From the sequence record OP310983.1: DNA of 64,000 bases. The stretch is one strand, 5' to 3'. The notes beneath the pieces are model-generated. The model had not been told where the DNA came from. It did not search any database and saw only the letters and a list, made by a program, of their open reading frames with translations. The translations under genes were made by a program, and so were the position numbers. Positions within the stretch are counted from its first letter, which is position 1. Every line of letters begins with the position of its first letter. This document shows positions 28,697 through 39,169 of the stretch, in pieces.

Positions 28697-29137
28697 ATGT
28701 TTAATAGAATTGTTAGGGCTTTTCATATCGTTGATAAAGACCAATCTAAACATGGTGAACTAGATTTACCACAATGGCCAGCCTATGTATCGGTTACTCC
28801 TAAAATTATCGACATTAGGGATAAAGAATTTAATTATCATGGTTTTATGTCACGTATCAATGCCCCTTTAAAAGTTATAAAACCAGATGAATATATTAAA
28901 GCTAGGTATACTTTATGTTCACACTTTATTTATCAGCATGAAGGTGATAATGACCCAGTCGATGCACCTGGCTTTAGTATTGACATTGAATACAGACTAG
29001 TTACTCAAAATACTAAAACGTGGTATTTAGATATCAACATCATCACTGATAAATCAATTAGTTACAATATTGAAAGTATTCTAAATGCGGAATTCATGTG
29101 TCAATGTCCATTTAATCTTTATATAAACGGTAAATAA
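28697..29137 (+). CDS. Hypothetical protein
   Basis: 146 aa, AAGGT SD. Confidence 0.7.
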   Translation: MFNRIVRAFHIVDKDQSKHGELDLPQWPAYVSVTPKIIDIRDKEFNYHGFMSRINAPLKVIKPDEYIKARYTLCSHFIYQHEGDNDPVDAPGFSIDIEYRLVTQNTKTWYLDINIITDKSISYNIESILNAEFMCQCPFNLYINGK

Positions 29138-29164
29138 CTAATCATTTATAATAGAGGAAAGAGT

Positions 29165-29956
29165 ATGTTTAAATCCTTGAACTTTAACTATACTACTCAA
29201 CCTTCTACAGAAGGTATCTGTTTGTATATCGGTCATGGCGATGTTGGACTACTTGAGGGTAACAAATCTTCAACTGGTATTGCTGATAAATTAGAACAAT
29301 GCCCTTATTACTTACATGTTACTGTTGGTAAATCAAACACAGCTAACCAATTGACCATCACTGGTTATACTAATAATCAACCTAACCTCCGTAGTTGGCA
29401 TGGTCAAGAAGCTATGGACATTCTTCTGAATAATATCAACATTGATAACAATGTGGTACAACGAGAACTCAACTTTAAAGTACTCATTGAATCAGTTGAG
29501 CGTAAAGATCCGCGTGTTATTATACTAATGGCGCTAGGTGCACTTCCATCTCAAGATTACCCTGGTCATTTTGATGATTTAGCATCCGATAAGCAACTAT
29601 TCAAACGGGTAGGCTCTTTCATTGATTATAATGAAAAAGAATATAGTGATACATACAATACCATTACACGCAAATTATTTAACCTGTGTGGCTGTGGTTA
29701 TCCAGAAGCGGAGTTGCGTTATATTGATGATGTATTGGATATATATCGCCAAGGTCGGAATACTTCTAAACGTAATGAATGTAATAAGAAATATGGATTT
29801 GGTCCGACTACATTCATGCTACATTATTTAGATAGTCTTGGATTTGCCGAGCATGGCACGGGTGCAGCTGGTTGGCTACTCGATGAAGGCGCATGGGTAA
29901 GTGTATTAGTAAAATTAGCAATTAAGGAAACCGAGGGTGGATGCACTGATGTTTAA
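29165..29956 (+). CDS. Hypothetical protein
   Basis: 263 aa, GAGG SD; C-terminal LDSLGFAEHGTGAAGWL motif. Confidence 0.75.
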   Translation: MFKSLNFNYTTQPSTEGICLYIGHGDVGLLEGNKSSTGIADKLEQCPYYLHVTVGKSNTANQLTITGYTNNQPNLRSWHGQEAMDILLNNINIDNNVVQRELNFKVLIESVERKDPRVIILMALGALPSQDYPGHFDDLASDKQLFKRVGSFIDYNEKEYSDTYNTITRKLFNLCGCGYPEAELRYIDDVLDIYRQGRNTSKRNECNKKYGFGPTTFMLHYLDSLGFAEHGTGAAGWLLDEGAWVSVLVKLAIKETEGGCTDV

Positions 29957-30674
29957 ATTATCGATGCGTATATTCTGTGCAGTATTTCTGATTAGTATTG
30001 GCATGTATACTAAAGCTAGTGTTAATTACGAACCACTTGCTTTTTATGGAGTACCATTATTCTACTCTAATCATACTCCGCGAATTGCTCCATGTAATTT
30101 CAATAAGCAATCCAAACTGGGTAGTTGCGGTTGGACCAGTTATCCAGAAAATTCAATAATATTGGTGGTTCACCCTAGTGATCCAACTAAACAACTACCT
30201 GTTGAATACTCGATGTACCAGGAGGTTATCTGTGAGGATGATCAGTGCTATACATCCGATTATCATGAACCATATGGACATCTATTGGGATTTAAAGGAA
30301 CTACTTATTGGTCAGTACCAACTGGATACTATTTACTAAATGGACCTAATGGGGTACATGGTGTCAAATTTGGCAATGGTCCCTTAAAAGACACTTATCC
30401 TATTCGTGATGTATACATGGTAAATAATGATAGAGTGATTGATGGTGAGTATCTTACACTACAAAATACTAGGGGCTTTTATAATGTAGTGTGTAGTCAA
30501 CTTACACAAATGTGTAAATACTTTGGTAAAGAATATACTTTACTAGAACTCATTCAAATTATCCCATTTGTAAAGACCACCACTTGCGATGAATTCCTTT
30601 GTTACATCAATAATGATAAAGGTAAGGTTGCAGGCATCAATCCAAAACGAAAGGATATTTACGAGGGGCTGTAA
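29949..30674 (+). CDS. Cys-rich protein with N-terminal signal/anchor
   Basis: ATG overlaps upstream stop; hydrophobic IFCAVFLISIG then A-x-A-like site; many Cys. Confidence 0.7.
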   Translation: MFKLSMRIFCAVFLISIGMYTKASVNYEPLAFYGVPLFYSNHTPRIAPCNFNKQSKLGSCGWTSYPENSIILVVHPSDPTKQLPVEYSMYQEVICEDDQCYTSDYHEPYGHLLGFKGTTYWSVPTGYYLLNGPNGVHGVKFGNGPLKDTYPIRDVYMVNNDRVIDGEYLTLQNTRGFYNVVCSQLTQMCKYFGKEYTLLELIQIIPFVKTTTCDEFLCYINNDKGKVAGINPKRKDIYEGL

Positions 30675-31036
30675 TGAACATCACCAATATAAAGCTCATC
30701 CAAACTATGGATGCTGTATTAGAGGAACTCACGAAATATCACGATAACCTCAAGCCTTGTGTAGGTATTAAAATAGAGGTTTCACCATGTGACGCTAAGT
30801 GTATACTCTTATCTGAGGATATGGTTCGTAAGGTAGTTATTGAGATCAATGTAGTTAAACCACTGAATATGCGTGTAACCTATCTCTTTGATGAGAAGAT
30901 GGTTACTAAGATCAACAAATATAATTCACATTACTACACTGAATTAGCCAAACAAATAAATACGTTCTTTTCGGATACAAGTATCCCAACACGCACATTC
31001 GATTACCATGGATTCTTTGATTATCTTGGATTCTAA
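30674..31036 (+). CDS. Hypothetical protein
   Basis: TAATG coupling, 120 aa. Confidence 0.7.
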   Translation: MNITNIKLIQTMDAVLEELTKYHDNLKPCVGIKIEVSPCDAKCILLSEDMVRKVVIEINVVKPLNMRVTYLFDEKMVTKINKYNSHYYTELAKQINTFFSDTSIPTRTFDYHGFFDYLGF

Positions 31037-31048
31037 AAGGAGATTATA

Positions 31049-31405
31049 ATGGGTTCTCTAACTCTTGAAACAGGGCGACAGATTGAGCATCATTTGCTGA
31101 ATGCAATTAGCATTCATATTAATGCATCCCGGATTGACGCTACATTGCGTGAAACAGTTAATGTCATCGATAACTCTGTAACAAAACGATCTATTGCATA
31201 TGTGGTTGAGAGAGGCAAGGATATCCGCATTGCAGTTTATGATACCAGCAATGATCATCTTGGCATGATATCTCATATTGAGTCTGGTGATAGTGAATTT
31301 AAAGTTCTTAATATGGCACAGGCTGTTCGGATAACCAAATTCTCATTGAATCAATTTGATGAGGCAGCAATATGTGCAGTAAGCTGGCTTGCCGGAAATC
31401 CATAA
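31049..31405 (+). CDS. Hypothetical protein
   Basis: AGGAG SD, 118 aa. Confidence 0.75.
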   Translation: MGSLTLETGRQIEHHLLNAISIHINASRIDATLRETVNVIDNSVTKRSIAYVVERGKDIRIAVYDTSNDHLGMISHIESGDSEFKVLNMAQAVRITKFSLNQFDEAAICAVSWLAGNP

Positions 31406-31560
31406 TACATCATTGATTAAAGTACCACTACAGCTTAATATTCAATCTCAGTCTAAACACTGATCCAATTAGGCTGAGATTGAAGACTACTGGGTCAGCT
31501 CATTATTGCCTACTTCTAATTTGATATAGGTAAATTATAAATACAAAGTCAGGTAATGTC

Positions 31561-31935
31561 ATGGATTCATTAAAAATACAAAATATTCTCTTATGCAATA
31601 AAGCATTCAAGGCGATTGTTGAGCATCCACTTCAGATTAAATCTAATAGATCTACTAGTATTCAAGTATTAAATAATGAGTTGAATTATGGGTTGACTTA
31701 TATCTTTCATGATACCGACTCTACTCGTACAGTTAAATTAACAGTACGTTACGGTAATGTAGTAATCTCATTAGTGGATAGTAATAATAGATTAGAAAAA
31801 GAATTTACCTTTGATAATGAAGCTAACTATCAATTAATGGGTAAAATAGTTTATTGTTATTTACGTAAAAATAAAGATGATTATTATCGTGGATTAAGTG
31901 ATAGTGGTTATCTACAATGGTTGGGAATCACTTAA
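31561..31935 (+). CDS. Hypothetical protein
   Basis: AGGT SD, 124 aa. Confidence 0.7.
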   Translation: MDSLKIQNILLCNKAFKAIVEHPLQIKSNRSTSIQVLNNELNYGLTYIFHDTDSTRTVKLTVRYGNVVISLVDSNNRLEKEFTFDNEANYQLMGKIVYCYLRKNKDDYYRGLSDSGYLQWLGIT

Positions 31936-31936
31936 T

Positions 31937-32299
31937 ATGATATTTAATAAAATCATTCGATATATAAAAAGAAGGCGATGTAATAAGTCTGAATTAATTG
32001 AAATTAATGAACTTATCTTAAAAGCAGCTCGCCGTCAAAACTATGATTTATGTCATCTGATTAGTTATCTTGGTGATGGCAATGATCCAGTAGTTATCGA
32101 TCTTTTAAAGAAAGAATATTCTGAAATATATACCTACTATAAATCTGTATTTGACCCTGCTGATTTTGGTAAGAATTATAAAAATAAATTACATTCTGAT
32201 CTATTAGAGGCTATAACCAAAATAGATAAATTTAAAGAATTATGTGAAAAACATAATATCGACTATTCACACATTGTTGAAGATGAGATACCTTTCTAG
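31937..32299 (+). CDS. Hypothetical protein
   Basis: ATG 31937 just after the upstream stop. Confidence 0.65.
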   Translation: MIFNKIIRYIKRRRCNKSELIEINELILKAARRQNYDLCHLISYLGDGNDPVVIDLLKKEYSEIYTYYKSVFDPADFGKNYKNKLHSDLLEAITKIDKFKELCEKHNIDYSHIVEDEIPF

Positions 32300-32310
32300 G
32301 CGGAAATAAA

Positions 32311-32673
32311 ATGGAATTAATCAGTGTCAGCTCAATGGCATTATTCTTTGGTTTAATTGTGGCACACTTCATCTTTGATTTTTCATTGCAAAATGATTTC
32401 ATTGCAAAGGCTAAAAATCATACTACTGAACTAGGTTCGCTATACTGGAAATGGGTATTACCCGCGCATAGTTTTATGCATGGCGGTGCAGTTTATTTCA
32501 TCACTGGTTCATTAGTTTTAGGACTTATTGAAGCAATTGCTCATTGCATTATTGATTATTTAAAATGTGATAATAAAATTACATTTAATCAAGATCAGTG
32601 GTTACACATTGGTTTTAAACTGATGTATACTTATCTAATTGTTTACGAAGTACCTTTCGTAATGTATGGATAA
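32311..32673 (+). CDS. DUF3307-like membrane protein
   Basis: AHFIFDF..Q, H..MHG, H.IID..K, DQWLH His-rich transmembrane pattern. Confidence 0.75.
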   Translation: MELISVSSMALFFGLIVAHFIFDFSLQNDFIAKAKNHTTELGSLYWKWVLPAHSFMHGGAVYFITGSLVLGLIEAIAHCIIDYLKCDNKITFNQDQWLHIGFKLMYTYLIVYEVPFVMYG

Positions 32674-32685
32674 AGTTATATATTA

Positions 32686-32705
32686 CCCTCTCCTTCGGGA
32701 GAGGG
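32686..32705 (+). terminator. Hairpin terminator
   Basis: CCCTCTCC-TTCG-GGAGAGGG TTTT. Confidence 0.85.
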
Positions 32706-32814
32706 TTTTATGTTTAATATTTTTTTTGTTAAGTTTTATTACCCAATCTGATAGGGCTATAATGGAGTTTAGTCTTGTGGAAGTTTATAAAACCCTATTG
32801 GGAAGAGAACTACA

Positions 32815-33303
32815 ATGGTTATTACACATCAAACTGTAGACCAGATAGATACACAAGTGAGTTTAGGTTTACCTATTGGTTACTATGGTGCTAATGATGA
32901 TCTATCTACATTAATTAGGATGATTGGTGATTGGAACATCAGACCCATTGAAGAGCGTAGGACACTAGGTACAGGTTATATTGTAGCTGTCCCATCGAAT
33001 ACTCGTACACGAGTGATTTACACTGCTGGTCGTAAGAAATGGCTAGAAGCATTAGATTTTAGCCCCGAATTAGCCGAGAAGTATATTCGTGCTTGTAGTG
33101 CAATAAAACGATGCTGGGACCACGATGTCGCAACCTTTGTCCTAACACATAATAAAATTAGCGACGAATTACTTAAAGAATTGATGAGTGTTGAGAATCC
33201 TAAAGCTGTACTCAATCACTATAAAATTCCTGTAAAGATTTCTAGAAATAGAATAATTGCAGCTTGTCAAATAATCTTCAATATTCGTGGACTAAAAGTC
33301 TAA
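32815..33303 (+). CDS. Hypothetical protein
   Basis: 162 aa. Confidence 0.7.
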   Translation: MVITHQTVDQIDTQVSLGLPIGYYGANDDLSTLIRMIGDWNIRPIEERRTLGTGYIVAVPSNTRTRVIYTAGRKKWLEALDFSPELAEKYIRACSAIKRCWDHDVATFVLTHNKISDELLKELMSVENPKAVLNHYKIPVKISRNRIIAACQIIFNIRGLKV

Positions 33304-33314
33304 TACTTTTATAG

Positions 33315-33337
33315 GAGAGAACCATGATGGTTCTCTC
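33315..33337 (+). terminator. Hairpin terminator
   Basis: GAGAGAACCA-TGA-TGGTTCTCTC TTTTT. Confidence 0.7.
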
Positions 33338-33393
33338 TTTTTGACGTAAGTGCATTATTGTTATGATAAGACTTTCGTACAAGGAAAACTACT

Positions 33394-33825
33394 ATGTTAC
33401 TTTTTGTTGATACAGAATTTGATACGCCTACTGGTACTCTTATTTCACTCGGTATTGTTAGTGAAGATCGACGTTGTGAATTCTACGAAGTTCTACCATA
33501 TGACAATATTGAAGATGAATGGGTTAAAGAAAACGTTATTCCTATTCTTCAAAAAGAACCAATCTCTTTAGAAGAATTCCATGATAGACTAGCCAAGTTT
33601 CTTGGTCAGTTTGCTCGATTACATTTTATAGCTAATCATGTTAACGATATGGTTTACACTGGTAAAGCTATGGATATGGGTAAAGGTAAACAAGTTGTTG
33701 AGTTACCAACTATATTTGAATTAAATCATGAGCTAAGTGGAAAAGGTTCTAAAATGCTTCACAACGCACTATTTGATGCTCGTGCAACTCTAGATGACTG
33801 GGAGCGTTTAAATGGTGTGAACTAA
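33394..33825 (+). CDS. DEDDh 3'-5' exonuclease (Rv2179c/DUF5051-like)
   Basis: FVDTEF...LISLGIV...EFY...HNALFDAR. Confidence 0.8.
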   Translation: MLLFVDTEFDTPTGTLISLGIVSEDRRCEFYEVLPYDNIEDEWVKENVIPILQKEPISLEEFHDRLAKFLGQFARLHFIANHVNDMVYTGKAMDMGKGKQVVELPTIFELNHELSGKGSKMLHNALFDARATLDDWERLNGVN

Positions 33826-33844
33826 CCTTTTTGGGATAGCCATC

Positions 33845-34504
33845 ATGACTAACACCTTTGAGAAGATGTCAGGCGACAAATATAGAAAAAGTCGTCCAGA
33901 AATCGTACTGCGTTTGCTGATCGCAACCAGTTTTCCTCAATCCGTTTTAGCCGATTTGACTTTTGATATTACTAAGCAAGTTGGTATTACTGATAACGAT
34001 GAATTAGAGAAGATTGCTAATGACATGCGTGATGTTGAACGTAAGTTTGACATGACTGATTTCGTTAGATGTATTGATCTACGTCGTAATGGTAATGACG
34101 TAAATATAACTGTTAATTGTTGGGATTTTGATCCACGTGCTAAAACTATCGAGGATCGTGCGGAGAACCATGAATTCCTGGCAAACAGTAATATTACCTT
34201 ACATTCACCAGAAGCAGATTTTAATGATCCACGTGAACTGGCTAGTAAATTAGTTGGACTATTTTTTCGTAGCAAGATAGGTCAAAAGCCATCAGCTAGT
34301 AATTTTACTAAGGGATGGAAAATTCTTAGTAAACCAATTAGTAAATCTAAAAATACAGGTGATATAGAATCAATCGATCTAGTTGATGCTATTGAACTAG
34401 TAGCTCAGAGTTTAGCTAAACGTAGGTTTAACATTAAAGTTACCACAAGCGCTATTTTATTACTTGATCAGAAAAGACGGTTATTTAATATAACGCGTGG
34501 TTAA
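33845..34504 (+). CDS. Hypothetical protein
   Basis: 219 aa. Confidence 0.75.
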   Translation: MTNTFEKMSGDKYRKSRPEIVLRLLIATSFPQSVLADLTFDITKQVGITDNDELEKIANDMRDVERKFDMTDFVRCIDLRRNGNDVNITVNCWDFDPRAKTIEDRAENHEFLANSNITLHSPEADFNDPRELASKLVGLFFRSKIGQKPSASNFTKGWKILSKPISKSKNTGDIESIDLVDAIELVAQSLAKRRFNIKVTTSAILLLDQKRRLFNITRG

Positions 34505-34510
34505 AACAAC

Positions 34511-34541
34511 ATAATGCCCTCCCATTGCGGGAGGGCATTAT
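34511..34541. terminator. Bidirectional hairpin terminator
   Basis: ATAATGCCCTCCC-ATTGC-GGGAGGGCATTAT between convergent genes. Confidence 0.85.
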
Positions 34542-34545
34542 GCCG

Positions 34546-36495
34546 TTAAACTTTTACAAGTTTATCATTTTCTATTTTCCAATTAGCATGGAAAGAAATT
34601 GGTTGACCAGTGGTCTCATCAAGAATGTCACCAGTCTTTAACCTATTTTTAATAGCTCGGTTATTTCCAAAGAATGGAACTAGTTTAGCTACTGTTACAT
34701 CGGCTAATCCTGGATCTTTCATTACATACCAGCCAGGCGTTGAAGCCAGTTCATCATACTGGACAACTTTAGAAGTATCTGCAAAGATAACAATATCACC
34801 ATGTCGTCCGTTCTGGACACGTTGTGATAGTTTACCCCATGTGGAGTTATTATCATAAACATATACATTAGCTGTATTTAATGTCTCACCAAGGAATGTA
34901 CGGCGTAATGCAGTCAATACTATTGGTTTTATATTAATGCTATTCTTATATGCATTCGCTACACGATACATATACTTGGTCATGCTAAGATTAATATATT
35001 CATAAATTTTAGCTTTACTTATCCCTTTATAATCATCCCATGCCATTGTACCTATAAGGGATGCTTCATTATAAAGAGAAGCAGGTTTTGAACTAAGTAC
35101 CACTTGATGCTGCATTGTGTAAGTATAAGGTACGCGTACGTTAATACGTATCTGATCATTATCATGGATTAAAAGAGTTGATCCATGAGTTATCAGATCC
35201 CACTGAGTAATGCCCTGACTAAATAAGAATGATCCAACTAAATAGCCATTTATTTGAATATCGCCTAGATAATCCTGATGGTCAGTACCATTTGAGTAAC
35301 CTAGATTAAGATCAAAATAACGCTTAGCTGTTAGTATCTGAGTAGTATCAATAGCTTGGCCATTATCACGTGCAACAAAGATACCATCATCTACACCAAC
35401 TTGGAATCTAAATGAAATAGCATACGGTTTATTAGGATTTTCAGATGTCGTACAAAGAAAATTGTAAATGTACTCGCCAGTATGATCGAAGGTAAATTCA
35501 GGAATATCTTCTTTGTTATACGCTGGGAAAGTAACAAGCTTAATCTCACTTTCACTTGAATCACCTTTGATAACAAAGTCAGTTACTTGACCATTACCAA
35601 TAGATTTATTCATACCTGTAAACAAACCAGATGATGCAGCTTTTGGTGACCAGCTTAGCATCTGATTTACAGTATATTGAACATCTGACCTATCAACAAC
35701 ACCAGAGAAATAAGAACCAAAATTAAAGGCTAGTCTATTAGCGGTAAATGCAAAACTACCATTATTTTCTTTAGCATCTTCAATATTAGTGTAATCTCTT
35801 GAAGCAGAATCAGTTATAACAAAGATACCATTACCCGATTTACGCCAAGTAGCTAGATTATCAATAGTCGCCTGACTCACTCTTTCAGGAGTTAATGCAC
35901 CAGTATTATGATCTTTAGTAGAGAATAGAATACATGCATAATACTCATTAAGATCTGTTAAAGTAAGGTCTACTGTGCCACCCATCATTTCTGGGTAATA
36001 AACATCATAGGTAGAATCTTGTACACGAGCAGCCGTATCTAGTATCTTTTTAAAACCATTACCTGACGTATTGAGGACTGAATAAGGTTCACTAGGATTA
36101 CTATCTGTGATTACTAAGAATTTCTTTCCAGTTGATTCGTACTTACTACCATTCCTAATAAACCCAATAGCATTATAAAAATATCTTACCCATCCCCATA
36201 GATCTTGAGGGTTTGTTGTATTAGCCGGAATTTGGTAAGTATCATAGTTTAAATTATAGAATTTTGGAAAACTACAATCATAAAGAACATTACCAGTGCC
36301 ATCTTGCACAACAGCAATAAATGGACTACCACCTGTTGCAGGGTCACCATCATAAGCAATGTATTCAGAGAGCACCGGAGGTAACTCCGGGCTCACTGTA
36401 TAATACACCTTCTGAATATCTGAACTAAAGTTAAATTTAACTTTAGAGTTTAGTGCCACAGGACCCGGCACTTGCGACGGGACAATAGAAGGCAT
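34546..36495 (-). CDS. Putative virion structural protein (gp201-like)
   Basis: 649 aa, beta/aromatic-rich, AGGAG SD; in a - strand operon with the helicase. Confidence 0.65.
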   Translation of the reverse strand: MPSIVPSQVPGPVALNSKVKFNFSSDIQKVYYTVSPELPPVLSEYIAYDGDPATGGSPFIAVVQDGTGNVLYDCSFPKFYNLNYDTYQIPANTTNPQDLWGWVRYFYNAIGFIRNGSKYESTGKKFLVITDSNPSEPYSVLNTSGNGFKKILDTAARVQDSTYDVYYPEMMGGTVDLTLTDLNEYYACILFSTKDHNTGALTPERVSQATIDNLATWRKSGNGIFVITDSASRDYTNIEDAKENNGSFAFTANRLAFNFGSYFSGVVDRSDVQYTVNQMLSWSPKAASSGLFTGMNKSIGNGQVTDFVIKGDSSESEIKLVTFPAYNKEDIPEFTFDHTGEYIYNFLCTTSENPNKPYAISFRFQVGVDDGIFVARDNGQAIDTTQILTAKRYFDLNLGYSNGTDHQDYLGDIQINGYLVGSFLFSQGITQWDLITHGSTLLIHDNDQIRINVRVPYTYTMQHQVVLSSKPASLYNEASLIGTMAWDDYKGISKAKIYEYINLSMTKYMYRVANAYKNSINIKPIVLTALRRTFLGETLNTANVYVYDNNSTWGKLSQRVQNGRHGDIVIFADTSKVVQYDELASTPGWYVMKDPGLADVTVAKLVPFFGNNRAIKNRLKTGDILDETTGQPISFHANWKIENDKLVKV

Positions 36496-36505
36496 TTCTC
36501 ACTCC

Positions 36506-36976
36506 TTACGGGGTATACACGGGAATATCAGCCGTCTTAATAGGTGAGTCAACTCGAATATAATAAGTGATTGGTACAGACAGGCTATACCCACGGATAT
36601 TTAAAATCCCTGTAGATGAATCGAGATCCCAACCAATACTAGCAGAAGCGCTAATAAGCTTACCACTAGTAGGACTAGTAGTTTCAGGGTCGATAATCTT
36701 GAGATCAACGATGGATGTAGCCAGAGTATAATCACCCATAGAAGTAATAACTTTGGAAAGATCATAAGTAACTACATCTCCTGGGTTTAATGTACCAGTT
36801 TGAAATAGAATTGGTTTTAAACCAGTACTAGGACCTGGACCAGGGCCACCACCAGATTCTAGGATGGTTGTTACTTTGTCAACCCACCTTAAAATCGCAT
36901 TATACATTTCTTCACTGGTGGCTTCAGGCCCAAGAATAAGATCTTCACCAGTATTAGATGAATGTGGATCAGACAT
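36506..36976 (-). CDS. Putative virion protein (gp202-like)
   Basis: 156 aa, AGGAG SD, GGGPGPGP linker. Confidence 0.65.
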   Translation of the reverse strand: MSDPHSSNTGEDLILGPEATSEEMYNAILRWVDKVTTILESGGGPGPGPSTGLKPILFQTGTLNPGDVVTYDLSKVITSMGDYTLATSIVDLKIIDPETTSPTSGKLISASASIGWDLDSSTGILNIRGYSLSVPITYYIRVDSPIKTADIPVYTP

Positions 36977-36987
36977 TTCTGTCTCCT

Positions 36988-39099
36988 TTAAAACCGCATA
37001 TATGCGGGCTGATATGGTTTATACATACGTGTATCAAAGTCATTAAAATCAATTGCGATATCATACTTCTCAAATGATTCTTTTAGCATCTGATAAATGA
37101 TTTTATTTTCATCAAAATTATTATTTTTATCAACATAACTTTCTAATGACTCTGTGATCTCAAATGGAGATTTAATACCCATAATAGCTTCAACCATTGC
37201 CTGACTCCATTTTAGAATGTCATCTGACCTTGTTGAGATATTCGGTTCATCTTCTGTATCGAGAGTACATTGATATACGACTGTTTGTGAATCCTGACCT
37301 TTACGGTAAATTCGAGCAATAGCTTGTTCTAGAATGTAATGCCTAAACGGTGAATTAATTGTCACCATAGTATCAGCCATCGTCATACGGACCGCTGTTG
37401 AAAGGGAAGCATATGTAGCTACCAATGGATTTAATTTAGGGTCTTTCTCAAATCTACTGATTATTTGAGGTAAATTGTCATTGGTTTTACCATACACCAC
37501 CGCCGGATGCATACCTAATTTATTGGTGTACTTATCAACAGTATCAACAACCTCAACAAACGATGTAAATGCAATCGTTTTCTTCATAGTTGATTCAGTG
37601 ATACCAACCCAGTCAATATACGGTACCATGTCCACATGGCACTGAATGCGTTTAGCACCTAAAACCCTTCCCAAACATTCACCTTGTATCTTTAGCATAA
37701 CGTATTTTATAACTGATTTAATATCTCTAAAAGCAGCTATTTCATTACGAGGTAAAGTTGGCTCTATAAACATTTTTTCATATTGGTTAGATTCTTTAAT
37801 TTCTTCACCAATGTATCGCGGGTCTTGATTCTTCTGAATTATTTTAATCAAATTCTTATAGCGAGCGAAACCATCTTTCTGCGCCTGGGTCTTAAGAGAG
37901 TTCTCGTGTATCGCCATTAGTTTAGCCCAATACTTCTCATCTTCTGGTCGGCGCGCAGCATAGAACTTTACACGTTCTCTAATAAAAGCTTCACAATCAC
38001 GTTTAATGGCATTAAGAGTATACTGTGATCCATTTGGTATCTTGATACGATACGCTTTTATCCTCGGTGGTAAAACCTCAGTATCTTTCTTTTCAATGAC
38101 GTACGCAATTAACCCAAAGCGATGTTGGACAATATCTAATCCTTTCTGTGTCTCTTTTCCAAATGCTTTCTTAAAACGTTCTTCAACCTCATTGGTGAAG
38201 AGATCGTCTAATACTCTTAATGCACTTACTAATTCAGAACCAAGTGCTTTAACAGGGGTACCTGACGCTAATAATCTGTTATTAGAGTTAGACATAAAAC
38301 ATATTTGCTGGAACTTAAGAGATTGTGCAGAATTAGGATCGTTCATATTGTGTGATTCATCCAGAATCACCGTAATGTTCTTACCTTTGAATATACCGCT
38401 TCTTAATAGATCAATTATTTTATCTTGCGCCTGGTAATGGGATATAAGTATTCTTTGACCGTTGTAGGCTTTATCATCAATGGTCGACCATACTTTTTGT
38501 CTTTCCTTATACATCTCAATAATAGATGGCTTCCATATTAGATCAATAGACTTCTTTTCACAAACAACTATAATGATATCCGACTCAACCATTTCAGCAA
38601 TAGCCATCGTCATGAATGTCTTACCAGTACCAGGTTTACCTGCAACAATATCACCACGTAAACCATACTGGTCAATTCGATAATTATAATTTTCAAAATA
38701 AGCTTTTTGAGACTCATCTGGTGTAAATGTCAATTTGTCTAACATCTTGAAATTGAGTCTACCTGGTACAGAGTTGGTATCTACAGGACGAGTATTTTTT
38801 AACCAGGTATATTGAAGCATTGCTTCACGGATGGCATTAACAGTTTTAATAGAGATGTATCTACTTCTATAATTCTTTACTGCTTCTAGCATGTAATATA
38901 TTTCAGGAGCAAAGAATTTATAAAATGAAATACTACGACGACTAACCGTGTTAAATAACTGCGTAGCTAATTTAGTGGTTCGCCAATACTTGTTAATATC
39001 TCTAATGAATGCAGCACCATCAAAACCACTGATGATAATTTCTTGATCAGTTTCAGTAATTGATAGCGAGCCCATTAGCTTCCTAAATGAGTCTATCAT
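36988..39099 (-). CDS. SF2 (SNF2-like) helicase (gp203-like)
   Basis: GKPGTGKT, ILDESH, ASGTP, QAIARIYRKGQ motifs. Confidence 0.88.
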   Translation of the reverse strand: MIDSFRKLMGSLSITETDQEIIISGFDGAAFIRDINKYWRTTKLATQLFNTVSRRSISFYKFFAPEIYYMLEAVKNYRSRYISIKTVNAIREAMLQYTWLKNTRPVDTNSVPGRLNFKMLDKLTFTPDESQKAYFENYNYRIDQYGLRGDIVAGKPGTGKTFMTMAIAEMVESDIIIVVCEKKSIDLIWKPSIIEMYKERQKVWSTIDDKAYNGQRILISHYQAQDKIIDLLRSGIFKGKNITVILDESHNMNDPNSAQSLKFQQICFMSNSNNRLLASGTPVKALGSELVSALRVLDDLFTNEVEERFKKAFGKETQKGLDIVQHRFGLIAYVIEKKDTEVLPPRIKAYRIKIPNGSQYTLNAIKRDCEAFIRERVKFYAARRPEDEKYWAKLMAIHENSLKTQAQKDGFARYKNLIKIIQKNQDPRYIGEEIKESNQYEKMFIEPTLPRNEIAAFRDIKSVIKYVMLKIQGECLGRVLGAKRIQCHVDMVPYIDWVGITESTMKKTIAFTSFVEVVDTVDKYTNKLGMHPAVVYGKTNDNLPQIISRFEKDPKLNPLVATYASLSTAVRMTMADTMVTINSPFRHYILEQAIARIYRKGQDSQTVVYQCTLDTEDEPNISTRSDDILKWSQAMVEAIMGIKSPFEITESLESYVDKNNNFDENKIIYQMLKESFEKYDIAIDFNDFDTRMYKPYQPAYMRF

Positions 39100-39169
39100 T
39101 GCATTTTTCCTTAAGGGGTATGTAAATATAACTCTAAGTCATAAGATTAGCTAACGAATAAAAATACGC

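Noticed and set aside
32679-32686. TATATTAC match as an early promoter
   Set aside because: Overlaps the terminator stem and lacks either upstream element; may be chance
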